This document shows positions 40,196-53,553 of a stretch of 64,000 nt of DNA, piece after piece. The notes under the pieces are model-generated. The model had not been told where the DNA came from and searched no databases. It saw nothing but the letters and a program-made list of their open reading frames with translations. Within the stretch, counting starts at the first letter, position 1; each line of letters begins with the position of its first letter. Source of the DNA: Kudoa neothunni (lineage: Eukaryota > Animalia > Cnidaria); assembly GCA_964304625.1 (NCBI GenBank), contig OZ199838.1, positions 12,529,843 through 12,593,842 of the forward strand, read 5' to 3'. Made by a program: the position numbers and the translations under genes.

Positions 40196-40728
40196 CTATA
40201 TATCTAATACCACAAATGCATGATAAAGATTTTCAGTTTTTTTTATTTGTAGATTTGAGTAGGTGATAGCTTTTACTTCGGTTCCTTGTGAGTGTTTATG
40301 TAGACTGAACACCTCTCCGTAGCATGTGGCTTCAATCACAAAATTTTTCTCATCAAATCTATCAATCCGAAAACGATTGCATATCATATAGGGTTCGGTG
40401 ACGAATACGCACAAAACCTATGATCGAATGAGCGCGAATCAATTAAAGATAACAAAAACCTCATCCAGAAAATTATACAGCAACGATTCTAAATCGTGCC
40501 CATCAACTACAAAAAAAGTAGAATCGATCTGGTCCACTCGTTCCAAATCGCTCATATAGCCCATTGTGGCGAGTGCCGCATTTTCAAAGGTTTCTCTAAG
40601 GGTTTGGCTCCACGCGTGGACTTGGACGTCTGCGGTGTGGTCCAAATCTTAAAAATAAAACTACAATTAACTCGTCCAAAACAAATACATTCATAACCGC
40701 TGCGCTCATTCCCCACCACTTCGCTCAT
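40196..40728 (-). CDS. ZBTB8OS: Archease (RtcB tRNA-ligase cofactor), 3 exons
   Basis: MSEVVGNERSGYE|YLDHTADVQVHAW..GHDLESLLYNFLDE|..KHSQGTEVKAITYSNLQI..FVVLDI. Confidence 0.97.
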
Positions 40729-40796
40729 TGTTTGATGCAGAGATGGACAGTGGGTTATAAAAATAAAGGATAAAGTTAATCTACTTGATGTGTTAC

Positions 40797-40953
40797 TGCG
40801 CACGCAGTATAAAAATCAATATTAATTGTCGTAACCTTATCAATATTTTTCAGTTGACTAAAAATATATCTGGTAATTAATCTAACAAATATTTAAATTG
40901 TCGTAGAATTAATAGGTGAAACAAGCAAAAAAGTTTCTTGTTATGCGCACGCA
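40797..40953. promoter_or_regulatory. Probable bidirectional promoter (archease / HAUS7) with two TGCGCACGCA copies
   Basis: Identical 10-mers at 40797-40806 and 40944-40953 within the 232-bp gap between divergent ATGs. Confidence 0.55.
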
Positions 40954-40960
40954 GTTCATT

Positions 40961-42121
40961 ATGGATGAAAGTGCGCCTTTACATCTTAGGTGCATCGGCG
41001 ATAAACTCGCTCTACTTAAGTGCCCGATGATTGATACGTTGAGGGAGGAAGATTTACGCGCGGTTCTATTTGAATCCAACGTTTCAGCTCGCGTGTCCCT
41101 CATTAGATGGTTGTATTTACAATTGTCGCCTAAATTCAATCGAATTTTAAATGACTATCTTCCAGTAGAAGAAGAAAAACTTTTAGAAAATCTAACGGTT
41201 ATTGGCTCAACTGTTGGATTGTGTAGCATTAAAGAGGGAGTTTCATTAATAGAAGGGCGGGAAACTCAACAAAGACAATATCGGTTTTGGATGGATCTTA
41301 TTGAGCTGGTGGAGTTAAGTGTTGAGGAGAGTGTATCGTCAGAAAGTGGCCAACCTCAATTGAGTAAATCATTCGCCACTATTTGCCACATGGTTGATAA
41401 AACATCGGCCAATGTGATGAAGATGACAGACAATGAGAAAACACTGTTCACCTCAAGATTTGATTATATGGAGAGTACGACTGGCTCAGTGTTAAATGGA
41501 CTCAATCTAATGAATAAAACCAACGCAATATTGTCCAAAACTAAAGAGATGATTGAAGCAGACAAGATAAAATTTAAAAGCACAGTTATGGACTTGGAAA
41601 ACGAGAACAATGCTAATACAACCCTACCTACTAATGGACCAAAAAATAATAACTTTTCGGTATCTGGGCCGAACAATGGATTAATGATGTGGGATAAAAG
41701 AGCTGTGTGTGAGGTGGCCTCATTAAAAACCCTGCTTACCGATAACATCAATGATTTCAACACTTTGGTCAAACAAAAATTCAAACCGTTTCTTCATCGA
41801 AACATGAAAAACATCAATTTTGAAGAAGGCTGTGTTAGGTTGGATCAACCTTTGTTGGATGCTGTTCTATGTGACAGTTTGAAGTTGTCTAACTATCTCG
41901 ACAATTTGAGTAGCGTCATCAAAAGTGTTGAAAATATAACTACTGTGGCTGATAATCTAGAAACGGATGCTTTTGCAAATGACCTACCTGATGATGTAAT
42001 CCCCAAAAAATTGCTTGGAATTTTAACTCAAGATGCAGCCGCAAACGGCCAAGACTATCCTAACCCACTTGGCCAACTGTTCAAATATGAAGATTCTATA
42101 TGGGACCTCGGTCAAAAATGA
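40961..42121 (+). CDS. HAUS7: HAUS augmin-like complex subunit 7, apparently intronless
   Basis: KLALLKCPMI..LFESNVSARVSLIRWLY..IGSTVGLC..LIEG..QRQYRFWMDLIE matches the HAUS7 pattern KL..LNCPFL..RLEILEWM..LG..LMLC...LLKG...QKQLHFMDQL. ATG at 40961 preferred over upstream in-frame starts. Confidence 0.8.
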   Translation: MDESAPLHLRCIGDKLALLKCPMIDTLREEDLRAVLFESNVSARVSLIRWLYLQLSPKFNRILNDYLPVEEEKLLENLTVIGSTVGLCSIKEGVSLIEGRETQQRQYRFWMDLIELVELSVEESVSSESGQPQLSKSFATICHMVDKTSANVMKMTDNEKTLFTSRFDYMESTTGSVLNGLNLMNKTNAILSKTKEMIEADKIKFKSTVMDLENENNANTTLPTNGPKNNNFSVSGPNNGLMMWDKRAVCEVASLKTLLTDNINDFNTLVKQKFKPFLHRNMKNINFEEGCVRLDQPLLDAVLCDSLKLSNYLDNLSSVIKSVENITTVADNLETDAFANDLPDDVIPKKLLGILTQDAAANGQDYPNPLGQLFKYEDSIWDLGQK

Positions 42122-42228
42122 TTTGTTTTAAATATTTTTTCCTATATTTTCTGTTATGAGTTTATTATATTTTTTTCGCATATACAACAAAACAAAAAAG
42201 ACAACACGTCTATTTTCGATGTTAAAAT

Positions 42229-45200
42229 CTAAGAGATTTTAAGATTGTTTCGCCAAACGTTGAAACGTTCTAGGCAATATTTACAAACTGCTTTGCCTTG
42301 GGGTAGAAAAATATCGTTGCTATCGATAAAAACAACATCTCGAATATTATCATCAGTAGTGATACCTATATTTAATTTAATATGATTATTTTAATCAAAT
42401 AACAGATAGTAGTAAGATAATTGAATCAATAGAGTTGGATAGAAAATTATATTGATACCTAATTGTTTCCCGGAAAGCATACCCAATCCAAGACTGGTGG
42501 AGTCGGGATCATAACGTCGTACTTGACAACACAGCAAATTTGAGAGATATTGTAATATAAATTTGCACTTTGAAATTCTGCCGTCAACTCTACACACAAC
42601 GGCATTAATTTTGTTTACCTATTAAAATTTACCTTATAATATCGATTTTTTTGGTGAATATTCTCATAATATTTAACCAACACAAATACACGTAGAACGT
42701 GTATATTTCAAGTATTTCCAATATTTCGACATAATTTTTGGGAATGTTGTCGCCATCTGAGTATAATTCTACGATAGAATGTATCAGTTGATATAGAACC
42801 TCCAATTCGCTTATGCAATTACTTTCTATATAGGAAACCGATATGAGATCGATCTCTCCAATATTACTTATGATTTTATTTTTCAAAAGTTGAGAAAGAA
42901 AGTTAGATCCATTTGAGTTGTAGGTTTCAAACGCGTAGGAATTAGAACCTGAGACCTTCCAAGCGAACGTTGGATAACATTTGTCTAGATGAGTTGGATT
43001 AGGTTTGGAGTAGTTGAATAGAACAACGAATTACTTTTTACTATGGCTAGAGGTTTATTCCCCGTATTTATATCAATAAAAACACCGGTTCCCAAATTGA
43101 TTTTACAAGAAAGTGCATCAACGGCACCAACTCCATAAAGAGAAGCTGCTTGATCAGCCATCTTAACATTCAATATAAATATTTTTGTTCCAGTTAAAAG
43201 TTACTATGTGGGTTATGGGAACTAAATAGCCGAAAATCGATTCAACCGCCGTCACGTCTCTATCAACCACAAAACAACTGTTGTTCACCAAATCTCATAA
43301 TTTAAATTTACATCCGAGGTACAACTGGAGGTAAACGGTCCATTGGTATTCGTAAAAATTTGCACAACGAAGCAACGTATTTCCTCTAAATAGTCATATT
43401 ATTTATCATAAATGACAAATTGTTTTCAATCCTTTGATATCTCAGGGTTTTTTTTAATCTAGACATGTTCGATTTTATTACAAGTAAGTTTAGCTTATTA
43501 GAAATCACTTAAATTTTAAATAACTCAGAAAGATCAAATATTACCTTAGATTTATTTTGAAAAATTATGAAAATTTTAATTGCTACAAGGTGAAAGTATT
43601 TGACAATAACCAGAATTAGTAATTTTATATTAGTTCATTTTGAGATACATAACAGATTTTGAAAAGTGAGGTAGATAGCAAGTGCGTGTCTATTTGAGCC
43701 AAATATATGCGATGAGGGTTCTAATTAATTATTGATTTTTTGCGTTCTTTATGGATTTATGTAAAAGAAAAGTCTTTAAAAATAAAATTTTGTGATTTAA
43801 AGTGTATTTTAATTTGTTAATCCGCTAGGGTTTGTTTTATATTTTATTATATCCAACTTGTTAAAAAAATAGATTTAAAATGTAAATTCAGCATCTATAT
43901 TTTTTATAAAAATATTATGTAACTATTAATTATTTTTACTATCCAAATGTCATAAAATTTTTGCATTCGGAATATTTGATATTCAGAAACACCAAATATG
44001 ATTGTTATACAATAAATTCTTATATCAGTTTAACCCTCTAATGTACCGATAATTAATTGTATTCCAATGGATCCTGGGATCGAAAAGTACCTCAAATATT
44101 TATTATATCATTTGTTACAAATAGGTTTCGTAAGAAGAAATATTGAAAATTTTAGTTTTGTTTTTTAAATGCCATTGGAATTCAAAAATAGAATATGTTA
44201 TAGTGCTTTATAGTAACAGGTTTAGCTCTTAAACTCTAAAGGTTAAAGAATAATATTGGGCTCCATAAGTTCACTCTTATATTATTTTTAAAGTAAATTT
44301 TGTTAAGAATTTGTTATAGTTTGTGAAATTCCGTCAAAATTTCACCTACTTTTATAAAAAAATATTATCTATCCATTAATGTGATAAAATTGATCAAATT
44401 TCTGGCGAGAATACACAAAATATTACAATTACTCCAACAGCATAATTAAAAAATTAACGCATGGAACTCAAGGTTATACCTTACGGCAGCGCTTCCTGTT
44501 TCATTTTAGTTTTCGCATCCCTATAACATTGAGGATAATTCCTCATCTCTTTTTAAAAAAGTAATTAAAAAATAGATTCATTTTTATGAGGGGAAATATT
44601 TCTACTAAAATCCTACGAAAAAGAAAAAACGCAATGTACTTTAACAAGAAAATAAATGTAACTGAAATAACATAAATACAAATGGTAATAAATTACTTTG
44701 TTGACAATATCTAATTTATAAGCGGATCTTTATTAGATAAAGATATGCATAATTCAAAATTAAAAAACGAACTGGATATTTAACGTTTTCGTGCAAAATA
44801 TCGTGCGGTGTTAGCGCGTGCGCAAATGTGTGAATTTCCTAGCTTTTTTAATTATAAATTTAAACATTAAATGGAAAAATAAAAATGTTATCCAATATTA
44901 TTTTTGGATTTATGTTTATATATTTTTTGAGTGGAAATCGATTTTAACTTAAGTATAAAAATCTAAAATAATTCAACCAAAATATTTAAAAAGTTAAATT
45001 TGTACTCGCCTTATATTTTACTTAAAAAAATCAATTGTATAATTTTCAAGAATCCAGCCATTTTAAAACATTTTTTCGTCTGTTTATTTCTCATGCTAAA
45101 AAAGGAGTATTTCAGAACATTTTACGTGGAATCATTAAAATTTGTATTTAATAATTTTTATAAAAAAAGTAATAAATTATCACTTTCGCTTTATATACTA

Positions 45201-47272
45201 ATATACTAATAAATAGGAAATAGTAGATTGGAAACGTAAATTAATTCTCAGCAAAATTCATCAAATTACTACTGTTTACCAGACTTATTTCAGTTTCAGT
45301 CGCACACATGCTATATTTTCAAGAGAGATTCCGATTACGTCTAGCCGGTACATTATGTACGAAGCATGCTCAGAATTACAATTTTTGTTGACTCAAGGTA
45401 TGGGTTTCGGACCCCCGATCGATAAGCCTTGCTCTAAATGCTTCTTTAAATTTAAATAATTTTAAGTATTTAATTCAGGCGAAGCTGGGAAATTCAAGCT
45501 TGTTCTACATATTAACAAAAATTTTAAGCTTATTCTTGTATTTTTGATTTATTATTAATTCTGTTCCATAAAAGACGGTTCTTTCGTTAAATTCTAACAT
45601 TATTTAAATAATTTTAAAGTTCTTATATTGAAAATTTAATTGGAAAAAACAAATAATAACGCATGCCCACCTAAGTAAGAAATAATAAATTAACATTTTT
45701 TTATTTTTAAACATAAATTGTTGGAATAATAAATTTTCATCATTTTAATTGCAGCCTGCATGTGAAGGAAAGACCCTACGTAAAAATATACGAACTTTTG
45801 ACATCGATAGTTGCATTAGATTCTTCAGATTTAAAAATAATATCGCAAAAATGTATCCTATCCAAAAATACGTATTGATAAAATTTCACTAATATATCAA
45901 ATACAGTCAGGATAGTTTTTCTGTGAACTTTTCTTAATACATACGTCAATATTTTTCTGTTATTATCTTTTCATAGTAATTTATAATACGTTTGTTGATA
46001 AATTTACATTTTACCAAAAATTTTAGGAAATAACACAAACTGTAATAAGCCAATTAAAAATTTGTTTTAGACAGACTGTTAATGGTTATTGAGGAAATAA
46101 AATGTGTCCGAGATAAAAACAACTTTGGATTAGTGGTTGTTTAATATAAAATTACCTTGATAACGTCGTAATAGCCAGTCGTTGACGCAAAACTTTCTTC
46201 ACAAACATACGTTTGACCTATTTAAACAATATGGTCAATAAATAAACATCAATCAACTCTGTTAACTCCATTAGAAATATGAATAATTATATATTTATAT
46301 CGCAGTTATTTACGATAGTAAAATGTAAAATAATTGATCTACTAACGTTTGATTCAACCGAAATGGAATAATGGAGAGTTCAAATGATTGACATAGCAAA
46401 TAACACTACCTTCAGTCAACTTCCATAAAATCCATGTATCAAGAGTTCCGTACAAGGCTTGTCCATCAATCCATTTCTTCAGAATCTAACAACTTGTATT
46501 TCAAAACAATTTACATTAAAAATAATACAGAGGGATTTTCCTGTAGAATTCCATACAAACGAGTAGACACCTTGATTGAGTTGGTATTGAAAACATACAT
46601 TAAAACGCCAAAACTTAGATACATGTATGCATTTGAAACGAAATGATGCTCTCATGTCACAAATTTGGCTCCTTTTAATTTTACTTTTGATGATATTGAC
46701 AAATTTAAATAACTAAATATGTGAAATTTTTATTCTAAAGTAAGCTTTAACCGGAATAAACTTTAATAGAAAGATCATTGTTCAGTTGTTCAGCTATTTT
46801 TTTGTATTTTTTGTCTTTCCAAGTATTGAGCGGCGTAAGTGCATCCCCGGTGTTCCTAAAACATTGATTGTTGATAGTTGCCTTCAAAACAAGTATCAAA
46901 CTACTTGTCCCAGAATAAAAAACTATTTCGATGACCTGTTATAGAAAGAGATTGTATTTTGGGAATATTTGGGTCTTTTAAAAATTCTTTGATGGTAGAC
47001 CACAATTCATCTGCATCGTAATAGGTGCTATTTTCCGAACTCGCAAAATTTGACATCTACCATTAGTTAGTTTATTCGAGATGTAACAAGCAAAACAATA
47101 CCGGACTATCTTTCATGTAGATAACTCGAAGGTATTGATTTAACACTTTTATTTTCAAATTAGTCGTACCAATGTCCAAAATTAATATGTATTTTTCATC
47201 CGAACTCTCTTTGGATGGTAAATCATTCTATTGAACAACATCAAAAATTCTCATTAAAACTTTTGCCCACAT
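42229..47272 (-). CDS. GK5: FGGY-family carbohydrate kinase, glycerol kinase 5-like; many short exons and a TE-filled intronic region of ~2.6 kb
   Basis: YILILDIGTTN (~47150), LYGTLDTWILWKLTEG (~46410-46455), ASTTGYYD, ADQAASLYG..KINLGTGVFIDINTG, YPTFAWKV and RVDGRIS..STSLGLGMLSG. Start codon approximate. Confidence 0.85.
44247..44484. repeat. Short TTAA-flanked MITE, diverged copy 1 (in GK5 intron)
   Basis: Shares ATACACAAAATATTAC and CGCATGGAACT.AAGGTTAT blocks with 49311-49559. Confidence 0.5.
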
Positions 47273-49310
47273 AAACATTGTTAATGTAACATTTAATTCC
47301 AATCCCATTTTAATATTCCATACAAACAGTTTGTAAGCATAAATAACACCGCATTAACAATCGAACTAAATATTCGAAAAAGGAAAAATGACATGATAAT
47401 TTGTTTACACAAAATATCCTGCAATTGGTATTAGGGTCAAATGAGTTATCAATTATTGCACAATCCAATCCCAGAATGAAAAATATAAAAAATTACATCT
47501 ACTTTAATTTGTCTATGCAATTTCTCTGACCTAACCATCCAGCTCAGATGAAAAACTTCCGTCAACTAATAAATTAATCTTCTTACACTGAATATTATTG
47601 TACGAGCATGGTAAACTCGCTATGTAATTGTTTTTATAATGTATTTAGAACCATCCCCTTATAATTTTCATTACAATTCGTTTAATAGTGATTGTTCAAT
47701 TAGATTCTATAGAAAAACTAAAATTAAAATTTTTACTCCCATGAGAATAGTTTCAAGGATTAATTAACGAAACGTGTTATACAAACCTTCGTAATTTATT
47801 TATTAACAACCCTTCGGCTCGCATTGGGACGCTGTGGCATCCGTTCGCCGTCCATCTTGCGGTAATTACATAAACAATTCGTGTTACTCCTACATTCTAA
47901 TAATAAGACATAAGATTAGTGAGATTAAACTTATCTACAAGATATTATAGCTGTATCAAATTATTCAACTGTATAAATGTATTATGATAAAATAAAATAT
48001 TATCATTGTAGAGAATTTCAATATTGAACCTATGAATGGTATTCAGGCTATGTATAAGACATAATAATAGCTAACACGTTTCATATTCATGTGAACCAGA
48101 TGGGTGATGTTTAATTGGATCAGTTATTTCTACTCGAAATAAGGTTTATTTGATCAGTAATGGAGTTTACGCAGGCGTTCAATACATGTGGGATTAAAAT
48201 TAATCATCAACGTAAACACAACTAATTTGAACGGCTGGTTATGTGAACAAACAAGTTCAGTCCTAAAAGATACGCCGAAACATTTGAGCAACATTTTTAG
48301 TTTTAACTACCTCAACGTGCAGATGGAATTGAGAGTTCATATTTTTTTAATCTCCTTTTGTTATATATATTGAATGTAATATAAAGGGTCGACCTTCTTA
48401 ATGTTAGTCGGTATCCTTCCAAGAATAAGACCTAATATACATGTATTTCTAAAACTTTATTTTTTCATGTTGTGTCGAATGTTGAATATATATTAAAATG
48501 CATTTTGTAAGGCGGATTTGCTCGTATTATTTAAGTCATTCTATCATCTTAAAAATTACAAACCAATACGCATATCGGTTGGTCCGATTAACTCTATCCA
48601 GGTGAAACTAATTTATGGATAATATTCTTTGTACCAGGGCTGCCAGCGGAGTTTTAAGAAAACCTAAGGTCGAGAAAACATTACTTTAAAGTACAACAAA
48701 AAGATAGAATCGTATCTATTAAGGTTTTTAACCTTTTTTCGATTCAATAATTACGTCTTAAGACATTAAATTTAAATTTATTGTCGTATGATTGCGATGT
48801 TTTGTCACGAACACTTACTCATACTTAATGTCTCGTGTAGATCAATACATTCACAATTAATTACTTCATAATTCAAAATATAGTTTTAAATAACGTTTAA
48901 ATTTTCTGATAAACTGCAACAATGTTTATTGAGTAATTACGTAATTGTGTCATGTTCAACAATCTAATGTGCTGTCGTTCAATCTCGCAAATGTTTAAAC
49001 CCGCATGGCAATGGTTCCCGCACCCATTAGGGTGTGAACTGTAGGCTTGGGGTTGAGAGATTCGACCACAATAGAAAATAATTTTTGAGAACTTTTGAGT
49101 CGGCTACATCTTATCGTATGCAAGTGGGTGCGAACTTCTTTTTGTTATCAATTTGGGCTCCGAGTCAAATTTCAGTTGGAAAGCGCTGCTACATGATATA
49201 ATTTGAATAGGATACGTCATTAAAAATACAAATATTAATGCTGTACATCAAAAATTGTGTTATTCTTTAATGTTTACTGGTTTTCAATAAAACCCAAGAT
49301 TTTGTATCAA

Positions 49311-49559
49311 CCCTTAATGGCTAACCATTGGATTCGCGCGTCCACCTCCCTATTATTTTGTTGTAAAACCTGTTATAATTTGTGTAATTTCGCCAAACCA
49401 TTAACTTATTTTATTATGTCTGTCGGTAGATAATGCTTTTTTAAAAATGTAGATGAAATTCTGACGAATATACACAAAATATTACATGCATAACAACAAA
49501 ATTTGTAAACAAAATAATATAAAGATGGGCGCATGGAACTGAAGGTTATTCTTTAAGGG
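49311..49559. repeat. Short TTAA-flanked MITE, diverged copy 2
   Basis: Imperfect TIRs CCCTTAATGGCTAACC / GGTTATTCTTTAAGGG followed by TTAA. Similar to 44247-44484. Confidence 0.5.
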
Positions 49560-51209
49560 TTAAATGAAAAAAAAACCAAGAACCCAAGGTGACCGTACAA
49601 AACCCAAGCCCTGCTTTGTTCTACTCAATAATTATAAGACAAATGGTTAAGTTCTTAATCTGCGGGCCGTTTTGTTTTCATTTTTTGTCACAAAAACATG
49701 CGATAATCTGGGAAGAGAACCCGATAAAAATAAACAAACATTAGGGGTTCATCCGTTGTTTGTTTTGTTCACCAGCTTAAAATTTAATTTTAAATACCAT
49801 ATTCACTCAAAACTAATAATGTCGGTTTTATATTTGTTAGTGAAGGTGATAATTAAGTATAAAAATTTTAAATAAATCCAGTAAAAAATGAAATCGTTTG
49901 TTGATTTGTTTGTTTGAGTGTGGATTTCTGTTAATCACGTGACATTTTATGTATCTAATCCGTTAATTATTCTGAAAACTCAGAAAAATCTCGAATGATT
50001 TTATTTTAAACATTAATTTAAAACTGACAAGACAACTTTAAAACGTTGTAATTTTAAGGCCTTAATTATCGTAAGACGGCGTCACACTAATTCCTTACCC
50101 CTTGTGGGCAATGTGTCGTTCATGGGTCCCATTTTTAGGGTTTTGTTGTTGTTTTATGAAATTGCGAGCGACCTTGTTTATAAAATTCAAAATCTCATAG
50201 AAAAATAACACTGAATATTATTGAATTACTTTGAGGTTTTTTTGTAAAAATAAATGAAGATTTTTAGACGGTGGCTATTGTAACAGAGATTTTTAAGTTT
50301 AAATTGCATCTATACTTTTTGGGGTCTTATTTTCATCATACCAACTTCTATTTATAGTTCATGTTTATTCCATAGAATCCATAGGAATCTACTGTATTTA
50401 ATTATACAAATTTTCTAAGAACGGTGGCGATGGGACAAAAAATAATTAGCTACACTCACCTGGATATAATTATCTATTGCAAATGGTCGCTTCTTTTAAG
50501 TTTTATTTGTGATTGTGCCATCATTGTTAGTGGAGCAACCTAAACCAGACAAAATCCATTTTTATTGGGTTTTTGTAGGAGTTTAAACTTGTATAACTAT
50601 CCAGTAATTTTAATAATGGAGCTTATTTTTTAACATTAGAAAGCATGTGAAAAAATTAGCCTAAAAGCATAGTGAATTCTTGTTTGCTCCAAGCAAAATA
50701 AATAGACTAAAACAGCTACAACTCTAACTATTTATTCAGCAATTATGACATAAAGCAGACTTTTCCGTGATCTTCACTGCAAAATTTTTTAAAATTATCG
50801 CATGATAATCGACTAGTTTTCATCGAAAGCTTAGAGTCGTTACAATATCTTCATCGAACCCCACCTTGTTAGGATAAAAACTATTTTCTCTGATGTATTT
50901 GTATGATTACTTAGTGAAGTCTCCAATTAAAAAAATACATTTTTATGAAAAATGGTCATTATTCTAAATAATAAATATTTATACATGAATGAATAGATGA
51001 ATGAATTATCTAATGTACCTATTGAATTAATTTTCTACTTACATATAGCGTAAACAATTAGGAAATAGTTTTCTTAAAAAAATTGATCAATTCTTCGTTT
51101 GAAAAAATCCCTTATTTAAATATAAAAGTTAATTTTTATAAATATTTTTTAATATCAGCGGCAATCTTTTGTAGTTAAATGAAAATAGGAAACCTCAAAT
51201 ATAGTATTA

Positions 51210-51701
51210 CTAGCGCAAAAGCCCCGCTTCGCATGGGCTTTCCTTGCCTGGCCACGTAAACTAAAACCTTGATTAGGCCAAGGTCATTTGAAGTTTCAAG
51301 GCAAATTCAGAGTATTTAAAATAAGTAGTACAAAGATTACCCAATTAACTGATAATTTATTTAACTCATTGGGGCGCATGAACCTCATTTAATATTTTTA
51401 AAAAACGAATAAACACCATGGTACATTTAAAATTAACTTTTTCATAACTTTAACGAAATGACCTATATGTTTGCACTAAATCCTTAAATCATACCACTCA
51501 TATCACGTGAAAATATTTTTAGTCATTTTGCAGGATGCAAACCTTTTATAATTTTTTTACGTACTTTTCTGTGTTAAATTAAAATTTTTATCTTTCCATA
51601 TATGTGCTCAAATGGAGCGATATGTCTCTCTATCAAAAATGAAAAATGCGTACACACTGACACTCACACATACTGATTACCGGTTTGTTTTATATAGTAG
51701 A
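51210..51701 (-). mobile_element. Short non-autonomous Helitron
   Basis: On the minus strand: A|TCTACTATATAAAAC ... hairpin AGCCCATGCGAAGCGGGGCT, then CTAG|T. Confidence 0.75.
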
Positions 51702-53553
51702 TTGAAACTGGAAACTACATTGTGTTAAGTTATTCGAAAACAAACATCCTCCGACGAATTTTGGTGGTGAAAAAAATCCTAATTTGCAATCAATATCGCA
51801 AAAAAATTATTTTTAAATTAATTGTTAAAATATAAAAAAATCTAATCAAATTAATCTCAAATAAAATCTTAAGCATTGTCTAATTGAATCGTCGAAATCC
51901 GATTCAACTTATTTAGTCAATAGTTGTCGAAATTTCAGTGATCAGCTAAATTTCAAATTTAACGTATAAGCAAAATACAAAAAATAATAAAATTATACTA
52001 AAATCTAAATCAAACGATGTTTATTTTCAACAATCGTTATGACGGGAAGTCACTTTAACGAAATCCGAAGAATTATTCCATGAGCTCGCCGAATTGAATA
52101 ACTGCAGATTAATTATTATAATAATTCTCATTTTTCTACTAAAATTCATCGATGAAATTTATTTTTATCTTCACACTTACTTAAAATGAATTTTTTTTAA
52201 ATAATGATTTAAAGAAAGATGATTTTTATTCAAAAGTTTCCTAAGTTTTATATATCATTTACGTAAGAGAATGGCAATAATTCCATATATTTTAAAGGAA
52301 AATGCTAGATTTTACCTGAGGATCAGAGTCGACTTGGGGTGTAATACACCCCAAGTTCATTAGAGAACTAACCCCTTTCATTTTCGATTTTTTTGCGGTC
52401 TGAAGATAATATACTACCTAAAAATGGTTATTTATGTCGACTTAAAGAGTTAAAACTCTCCAAAAAATTTGTCAGCCATTATCATCAAATTAGATGAAAG
52501 AATGAAAATATAAATAAATTCGTATTAGTATGTATCACAATCAAGTAAAAATGTGGCGCCGTCGTCAAAACGAATTGAAATTGAATTTTTTACCTGATAT
52601 GTAAATAACGGTTTGACGTAATTCAATACGCCTACCCTACATCGATCCATTTGTGTGCATGCGCGTCGATTGAGTGTCAAGTTTTCATTTTCAAGACTAT
52701 TCCATTCCATATCTAAAATTATTTAAAGCTGAAGCATTTAAAAAGGGGTACAATAGATTGAGTTTTACAATATAAATTTTTTCGATTGAAAGTAAATACA
52801 ATATATAATTATAAATGATGATAATAATAATTTATAAAGTAATACATAACAATAATCTACGTTTAACTTGTTAAAATAAACAAATATTTGTAACGTACCA
52901 ATTTACATTAAAATCCCAATTTTTTATGTAATATATAAAACGATGCCTAAAAACAAATGCGTTGTAAAAACCACGTTATTTTCAAAATTAAAAAAAAATA
53001 TTATAGCGTGATAATTTATTAAAATTATTGTTTTAAATTCGTCTTTAAATAAATAAAAATAATTACTACATTTAAAACCTATTTTGGAAAAGATACTTAA
53101 AATAGAGTGATGTGAGATGCATTTTAATCTTTTATTTTGTTTAAATATAAAATGAACATTGGGCACGAAATCATCAATAGTTAATACGATCGTGAAATCG
53201 TACTAAATATTGACGCAATTAAAAAGCAAATTTGTCTTTTTTTATACTTTTTATTGAAAACCAAAAAAATATATTTTCCATGGAAAACCAGCTTTGAAGC
53301 AAATTAATCACCTGACATCATTTATATTTCAGCGCATACACCAACTCCCCTCCCATCAGCTTCCCAAATATTGTGTTGGGCTGAGATCGATCATTAAATC
53401 CTCTATAACTTGTGTATCGATATAAGCTTGGGTAAAATTTAAAAATTTACTATGATAAATCAAAACGATTCATTAAATACGGACCATTCCATGCCAGCCC
53501 AATGTGGTGGAAGTATTTGATCTGGAATTAACGTGAATGTTTTTACATTTTAG

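Noticed and set aside
41464-41784. 106-aa minus-strand ORF, and similar antisense ORFs over SUOX, cyclin Y and archease
   Set aside because: Shadow frames opposite well-supported genes.
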